Assembly: GCA_034421255.1 (NCBI GenBank)
Contig: DAOUKN010000210.1
Span: forward strand, 1-40,620
DNA: 40,620 bases
Source of the DNA: Chloroflexota bacterium
Lineage (GTDB): Bacteria; Chloroflexota; UBA11872
Direction: 5' to 3'
The translations under genes were made by a program, and so were the position numbers. The notes under the pieces are model-generated. The model was not told the DNA's origin and did not search any database. It saw nothing but the letters and a program-made list of their open reading frames with translations. This document shows, in pieces, positions 36,130-40,620 of the stretch. Each line of letters opens with the position of its first letter. Position 1 is the first letter of the stretch.

Positions 36130-37344
36130 CTATCTGACCTGCACCGGATGAGGCACCGGCTGATTGAAGAGGTAGCCCTTCTCGTTGAAGGGAATCTCAT
36201 CGGGCTGCGTGTTCCCCGCCGCGTCGGTGGCGCGGGTCATGACGGTGTGTTCGCCCGGGCGCGCATCCCACTCGAAGTCGAAGCGCGCCCATGAGTACTG
36301 CACCTGCCCCTCGCGCACGGTGGCTTCATGCCATGTGGCGCCGGAGTCCAGGCTCCATTCGACGCGTCGAATCGGACCATCGGGCGAGTGGGCGTAGCCG
36401 TGGATCTGGTGCGTCCCGGCGTTCAGGGGAGCCGGCCAGGGAAGAGCCAATGCGCTCTTGATGACCTGGGTCGTGGCGACCTTGCCCAGGGCCTGGCCTT
36501 CCGGCGCATAGTCGTCGCCGATGAGGACGTAAGACGTGGTGTTATTGCGCGTCCAGAGACGTTCCTTCGAGACGACGATGCGGCCGAGCCACTTGACGTT
36601 GCTGCTGCCGACCCAGCCGGGCACCAGCGCACGCAGGGGATAGCCGTGGTCGCGCGGCAGATCCTCGCCGTTGAGCCCATAGGCCAGCAGCGTGTCCGGG
36701 TGCAGCGCCTTGGCCACGGGAAGGACGCGGCGAAAGCCCTGCTCCGGCGATTCGGTATCAAGCCCGACCAGCAACACGCTGACGGCGTCATCGGTGATTC
36801 CAGCCTCGGTGAGCACGTCGCGCAGGGGGACGCCCGCCCATTCGCCGTTGCTCACGCCTCCGGTCTTCCACTGGGTGCCGGTGGCCTGCCGTCCCTGCAC
36901 CAGGCCAAACATGGCGCGGTGATTGCCGGCGCATTCCAGGTAGCAGATGAGACTTTGGCTGGGCAGAGCGCGGATGTCGTCGTAGGTAAACGTCCGGCGG
37001 TTGGTAATCGCGTCGCCTTCGATCGAGAGCCGCCAGCTATCCACGTCCACGTCGAGGCTGACCGAGTTGTTGCGCACGAAGAAGAAGCGCTTTGGCGTGA
37101 TCAGCCCATCCATGTTCTCCAGGCGGGCTTCCAGGCTCTTGCCGTCGTTGTGGGCAATGAATGGCGCGGTGTCCTTGAACCACGCGTGGGCCGGTTGCGT
37201 CGCCGCCTCATCCGTGATTGGCTCGGCGGCCGGCGTGGCCTCCGGATTGCCCGAATCGCCACACGCCGCCAGCACCGCCGCCGCGCCGCCGGCCGATAGC
37301 GCCTGGAGGAAGCGTCGCCGGTTGATGCTTGCGAGGCCGCTCAT
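36130..37344 (-). CDS. Sulfite-oxidase-family molybdopterin oxidoreductase, Tat-exported lipoprotein
   Basis: ATG 37344 overlaps the permease stop (ATGA). The twin-Arg signal plus lipobox is SINRRRFLQALSAGGAAAVLAAC. FFVRNN is present. The Mo-ligand Cys is in YLECAGNHR. HGYPLRALVPGWVGSSNVKWL is present, and the C-terminal Mo-co dimerisation domain has IHGYAHS..GPIRRVEWSLDSGATWHEA. The N-terminal 329 aa of listed ORF 36130..38331 are a spurious extension over the permease gene. Confidence 0.85.
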   Translation of the reverse strand: MSGLASINRRRFLQALSAGGAAAVLAACGDSGNPEATPAAEPITDEAATQPAHAWFKDTAPFIAHNDGKSLEARLENMDGLITPKRFFFVRNNSVSLDVDVDSWRLSIEGDAITNRRTFTYDDIRALPSQSLICYLECAGNHRAMFGLVQGRQATGTQWKTGGVSNGEWAGVPLRDVLTEAGITDDAVSVLLVGLDTESPEQGFRRVLPVAKALHPDTLLAYGLNGEDLPRDHGYPLRALVPGWVGSSNVKWLGRIVVSKERLWTRNNTTSYVLIGDDYAPEGQALGKVATTQVIKSALALPWPAPLNAGTHQIHGYAHSPDGPIRRVEWSLDSGATWHEATVREGQVQYSWARFDFEWDARPGEHTVMTRATDAAGNTQPDEIPFNEKGYLFNQPVPHPVQVR

Positions 37345-38291
37345 AGCCGTCGCAGCCGCGGGTTGACGACTTCGTCCAGCGAGCGGCCGAGGAGGTAGAA
37401 CGACGAGCACAGCAGGGTGATGGAAAGGCTGGCCGGGAATATGAGCCACCAGTATTCGGTGACTTGCAACAGGTATCCGGCGGACTCGGTGGTGTGGATC
37501 ATCAGGCCCCAGCTCATGCGCACGTCCAGCAGCCCCAGGAAGCTCAGCACGGCTTCCGAGAAGATGGCGCTGGTGACGGTGAACATCATGTAAAGGAATG
37601 AGAGCGGCAGCAGGTTGGGGACGACGTGGACGAGCAGGATGTGCAGCGTGCCGCCGCCCGCGGCTCTCGCGGCGTCGATGTAAGGCTTGACGACGACCGA
37701 CAGCGCTTGCGATTTCAACACGACGCCCGTGCCGCCGAATCCCGAGAGCAGGCCGATGAGCACGGCCAATTCCAAGTGCCCGACCTCGAAGAGGGCGCTC
37801 AACACGATGAGGATGCTGATCGCCGGCATCATGATCATGATGTCGGCCAGCCGCATCAGCAGCGTGTCCACCCAGCCGCCGTAGTAGGCGGCGATCGCGC
37901 CCACCATCGTGCCGATGCAGACGGTCATGAGCGCCGCGAGCAATCCAAGCAGGAACTCGGACCGGGTGCTGAACATGAGCTGGCTGAGGACGTCCCGGCC
38001 CAGCGGGTCGGTGCCGAGCGGATGGCTCAGGCTTGGCGGCGCGGGCTGGACGGGCTCGTCGAAGGCGTAGCCCACGATCGGGTCGTAGGTGCGCTCGTCC
38101 CAGATCGTGTGCATCAGGATCGGATGCGCCGCGGCCAACAACAGGTAGAAGAGAATGATGGCCAGGCCCAGGACGCCGATGCGCGTGCCGAGAAACAGCG
38201 ACCAGTTCTGCTTGAGGCTGCGGCCCGCCAGCGCCAGGCGCATGTGCCACAGCGCCAGCGTGGAGGCAACGCGCTCGACGTCGAACCTCAT
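37341..38291 (-). CDS. ABC transporter permease (OppC/DppC-like)
   Basis: 316 aa, polytopic. The N-terminal oligopeptide-permease region has PLGTDPLGRDVLSQL. It overlaps its neighbours by ATGA at both ends. Confidence 0.9.
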   Translation of the reverse strand: MRFDVERVASTLALWHMRLALAGRSLKQNWSLFLGTRIGVLGLAIILFYLLLAAAHPILMHTIWDERTYDPIVGYAFDEPVQPAPPSLSHPLGTDPLGRDVLSQLMFSTRSEFLLGLLAALMTVCIGTMVGAIAAYYGGWVDTLLMRLADIMIMMPAISILIVLSALFEVGHLELAVLIGLLSGFGGTGVVLKSQALSVVVKPYIDAARAAGGGTLHILLVHVVPNLLPLSFLYMMFTVTSAIFSEAVLSFLGLLDVRMSWGLMIHTTESAGYLLQVTEYWWLIFPASLSITLLCSSFYLLGRSLDEVVNPRLRRL

Positions 38292-39439
38292 CGGTAGCGA
38301 ACTCGCGGATCGAGGTAGGCGTAAAGCACATCGGCCGCCAGGTGCGCCACGAGGACGAAGACGCCCACGAAGACGAAGGCGCCCACCGCCAGCGGCAGGT
38401 CTTCGCTGACCGTCGCCGACACGAGCGTTTGGCCCATTCCGGGCCAGGAGAAGATGGACTCGATGATGACCCCGCCGTCGATGGCGAAGGCCAGGCTGAA
38501 GACGAAGCTGGTCACCACCGGCAGCAGGGCGTTGCGGGCAACGTGCTTGTCACGCACGACCTTTTCGGGCAGCCCCTTGGCCCGGGCCACCATCACGTGG
38601 TCCTCGCGAATGACCTCCAGCATGCTGTTGCGGGTGAGCAGCATGGTTCCGGCAAAGCTGATCAGCGTGAGCGTGGCGATGGGCAGGATCATGTGTCTGA
38701 CGAGGTCGAAGGCCAGGTACCCGACGCCGGACGCCAACCACACGCCCATGATCGCCGCGGCTGCCGCGGTGACAGTCCCCGCCTGAATGAGCGGCGCCTT
38801 GGCAAGGCGCTTCCGGCTGGTCGCCAGGACGACGGCGAACACGACCACCGTCAGGATGGCGGCGGTCGCCAGCATGAGGTTGAAGATCGTGTTCGAGTCG
38901 GTCGGCGCGTCGCGCCACACCACGGGGTCCAGGAACTTGGCGATCGGCAGCCAACCGGCCTTGAAGGCGAACAGCCAGATCATCATGAGGCCGAACCACG
39001 GGGTGAACACCGTATAGAGCGAGACGCCGCCGATGGTCGAGGTGTATTCGACCCAGCCGCCGCGGCGCCAGGCGATGATTTTGCCGAGCGCAAACCCGAG
39101 ATAGAACGAAATCACGGTTGCCGTCGCGAACAGCACCAGCGTGCGCGGCAGGCGTTCCAGGATCACGTCGCCGACCGTCCTTGGATAGAGGCTGAAGGAG
39201 ACGCCGAAGTTTCCGGTGACCGTGTTCTTGAGGTGGACCAGGTATTGCTTCCACAGCGGCTCGTTGACGCCAAAGAGCTCCTGGAGATTCGCGCGGGTCT
39301 CCGGCGGGAGACTGGGGTCCATCGAGTAGAGGCGGGTGATGTCGCCGGGCTGCGCGCTCACGAGAAAGAAAACGATCGTGAGAAACACGAAGAGCGTGAA
39401 CAGGATTTGGACGGTGCGACGCAGGAGGTAGGCGGCCAT
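38288..39439 (-). CDS. ABC transporter permease (OppB/DppB-like)
   Basis: MAAYLLRRTVQILFTLFVFLTIVFFL is a typical OppB N-terminus. The EAA-type loop is VIREDHVMVARAKGLPEKVV. At 383 aa it is longer than usual. Confidence 0.9.
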   Translation of the reverse strand: MAAYLLRRTVQILFTLFVFLTIVFFLVSAQPGDITRLYSMDPSLPPETRANLQELFGVNEPLWKQYLVHLKNTVTGNFGVSFSLYPRTVGDVILERLPRTLVLFATATVISFYLGFALGKIIAWRRGGWVEYTSTIGGVSLYTVFTPWFGLMMIWLFAFKAGWLPIAKFLDPVVWRDAPTDSNTIFNLMLATAAILTVVVFAVVLATSRKRLAKAPLIQAGTVTAAAAAIMGVWLASGVGYLAFDLVRHMILPIATLTLISFAGTMLLTRNSMLEVIREDHVMVARAKGLPEKVVRDKHVARNALLPVVTSFVFSLAFAIDGGVIIESIFSWPGMGQTLVSATVSEDLPLAVGAFVFVGVFVLVAHLAADVLYAYLDPRVRYR

Positions 39440-39519
39440 TCAAGCTACCCGCGCCATCCCACATCGCTCCCCGCTGTGCCGGGGCGCCTACAGCTCCGCC
39501 CTGGCCGCACGGCCAAACG

Positions 39520-40620
39520 CTACTTGATCAGCACCACGTGTTGCAGCCCCTGCTGCTGCGCCATGCCGCCAAGCACCGAGGTGTAGGGATATTCGACCCG
39601 CGAGGGTCGGAACACATCGATCTTGGGCGTGGTGAACAGCGTCACATAGGGCAGGTCTTCGGCGAGCAGCTCCTGCATCTGGTAGACCAATTCACGCGCG
39701 CCCTCGATGGTGGTCTCGGACAGCAGGGCGAATGCGAGGGCGTCGAACTCCGGGTTGGCGTAGCCGCCCCAGTTGTAGCCGCCCTCCTCGTTCTCTGGCG
39801 CGTGGCGGCTGTGAAAGATGTTCTCCAGGTAGTTCGGGAACACGCTGAACCCCCAGCCCAGGATCCACATGTCGAGGTCCTCGGCCACCGTCTCGCTGAA
39901 GAGTCGATCCACCAGGACGTTGAATCCGACCAGCTGCGCCCGCACCGGAACGCCCAGGTCGTTGAGCCAGCGCTCGATCCAGATGGCGAAGGTGGACCGC
40001 AGGGGGTCATAGCCGGCGCTCGGCGCGATGAGCTCGAGCTGCGGGATCTCCGATCCGTCGGGCATGCGCAGGCCCCGGCCGGGTGAGGACACGAAGTCGC
40101 CATCCTCGCTGACCTCGGGCTCCTGCTCATAGGTGAACCCGGCGCCCTTCAGCAGCTCGACCGCCTGGGCGATCCGCTCGCCCAGGCTCAGCCCCCGGCC
40201 GATCTTGGCCGCCGAATCGTTGTGCCAGAAGGCGTTGCCCTCGGGAACCATGGCGTACATGGGAATTGCGGCGTCCTGCAGGATCGACTGCGTCACGAAT
40301 TCCTTGTCGATCATGGTCGCCACGGCCTGCCGGAACTCCCGGAAGCTCATGGGGCCCTTGCGGGTGTTGAATCCCAGGTAGAAGGTGCCGTTGTCGAGAT
40401 TGGTCACGACCTCGAGGTCCGGCGCTTGGCGGACGCGGTCGAGGAAGCCCTTCTCCAGCCCTAACGGGTTGAACAGAAAGTCGATATCGCCGGTGGTCAG
40501 GGCGAGAATCGCCGAGTCCTGGTTGCCGTAGATGCTGAAGATCTCCGTCTCGAAATGCGGGCCGACCTCGAGCTCCAGCACCGTGTCGCCGGTGGCTTCG
40601 CCGTAGACGATCTCGGTGTA
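39520..40620 (-). CDS. ABC transporter substrate-binding protein, family 5 (OppA/DppA-like); 5' end beyond window
   Basis: The listed ORF starts at an internal Met (40581). The same frame stays open to 40620 (367 codons). It has SBP_bac_5-like content (FLFNPLGLEKGF, GFNTRKGPM, GW..FPNYL). Confidence 0.85.
   Translation of the reverse strand, partial: YTEIVYGEATGDTVLELEVGPHFETEIFSIYGNQDSAILALTTGDIDFLFNPLGLEKGFLDRVRQAPDLEVVTNLDNGTFYLGFNTRKGPMSFREFRQAVATMIDKEFVTQSILQDAAIPMYAMVPEGNAFWHNDSAAKIGRGLSLGERIAQAVELLKGAGFTYEQEPEVSEDGDFVSSPGRGLRMPDGSEIPQLELIAPSAGYDPLRSTFAIWIERWLNDLGVPVRAQLVGFNVLVDRLFSETVAEDLDMWILGWGFSVFPNYLENIFHSRHAPENEEGGYNWGGYANPEFDALAFALLSETTIEGARELVYQMQELLAEDLPYVTLFTTPKIDVFRPSRVEYPYTSVLGGMAQQQGLQHVVLIK

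Noticed and set aside
37345-38331. N-terminal 329 aa of the listed 733-aa ORF 36130..38331
   Set aside because: It overlaps the OppC-like permease gene in another frame and is Arg/Pro/His-rich. The real molybdoenzyme starts at the Tat signal (ATG 37344), coupled to the permease stop.

Overview
This is a 40.6-kb high-GC bacterial chromosome segment. Hand-sampled stretches are about 70% G+C, with three visibly lower-GC islets. All calls come from reading translations and motifs by eye; no database search was run. Manually derived coordinates may be off by 1 nt.

I support 33 protein-coding genes, 1 probable frameshifted pseudogene and 2 tandem tRNA-Ser genes. Most of the long ORFs on the opposite strand are antisense shadows typical of high-GC DNA.

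Gene content, left to right:
- A secreted PQQ-type sugar dehydrogenase that runs off the left edge and is missing from the ORF track.
- A DUF2723 membrane glycosyltransferase-like protein, a GH78-like glycosidase and an LppM-like lipoprotein.
- Two tandem Gfo/Idh/MocA oxidoreductases.
- A small low-GC islet with a HicB-like gene and a coupled, frameshifted small ORF.
- An orphan Tat-lipoprotein sugar-type solute-binding protein.
- A cluster of plant-type LRR proteins: a 1855-aa six-module giant, a DUF4352 ORF and a 450-aa single-module paralogue.
- A tightly coupled minus-strand housekeeping array: radA-ispD-[insertion]-FNR-ispF-cysS-rlmB-folB.
- clpC, rpsA, an SDR gene and a DUF309 gene.
- tRNA-Ser(UGA) and tRNA-Ser(GCU), followed by a toxin-antitoxin islet (RHH/RelE pair, and HigA paired with a retropepsin-like protease).
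- An Opp/Dpp-type ABC importer operon with a Tat-exported sulfite-oxidase-family molybdoenzyme embedded in it. Its substrate-binding protein gene runs off the right edge.

Observations most worth a second look:
1. The giant secreted protein made of six complete capped LRR ectodomain modules.
2. A 1.5-kb low-GC segment carrying one orphan gene with a perfect TTGACA-18-TATAAT promoter. It is bracketed by 47-bp imperfect direct repeats that duplicate the ispD-stop/FNR-start junction.
3. The LRR paralogue and the signal-less DUF4352 ORF share one reading frame and are separated only by two amber codons and an Ala/Glu linker-like stretch.
4. The molybdoenzyme inside the peptide-transporter operon.
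5. A retropepsin-like protease in the toxin position of a higBA-like pair.
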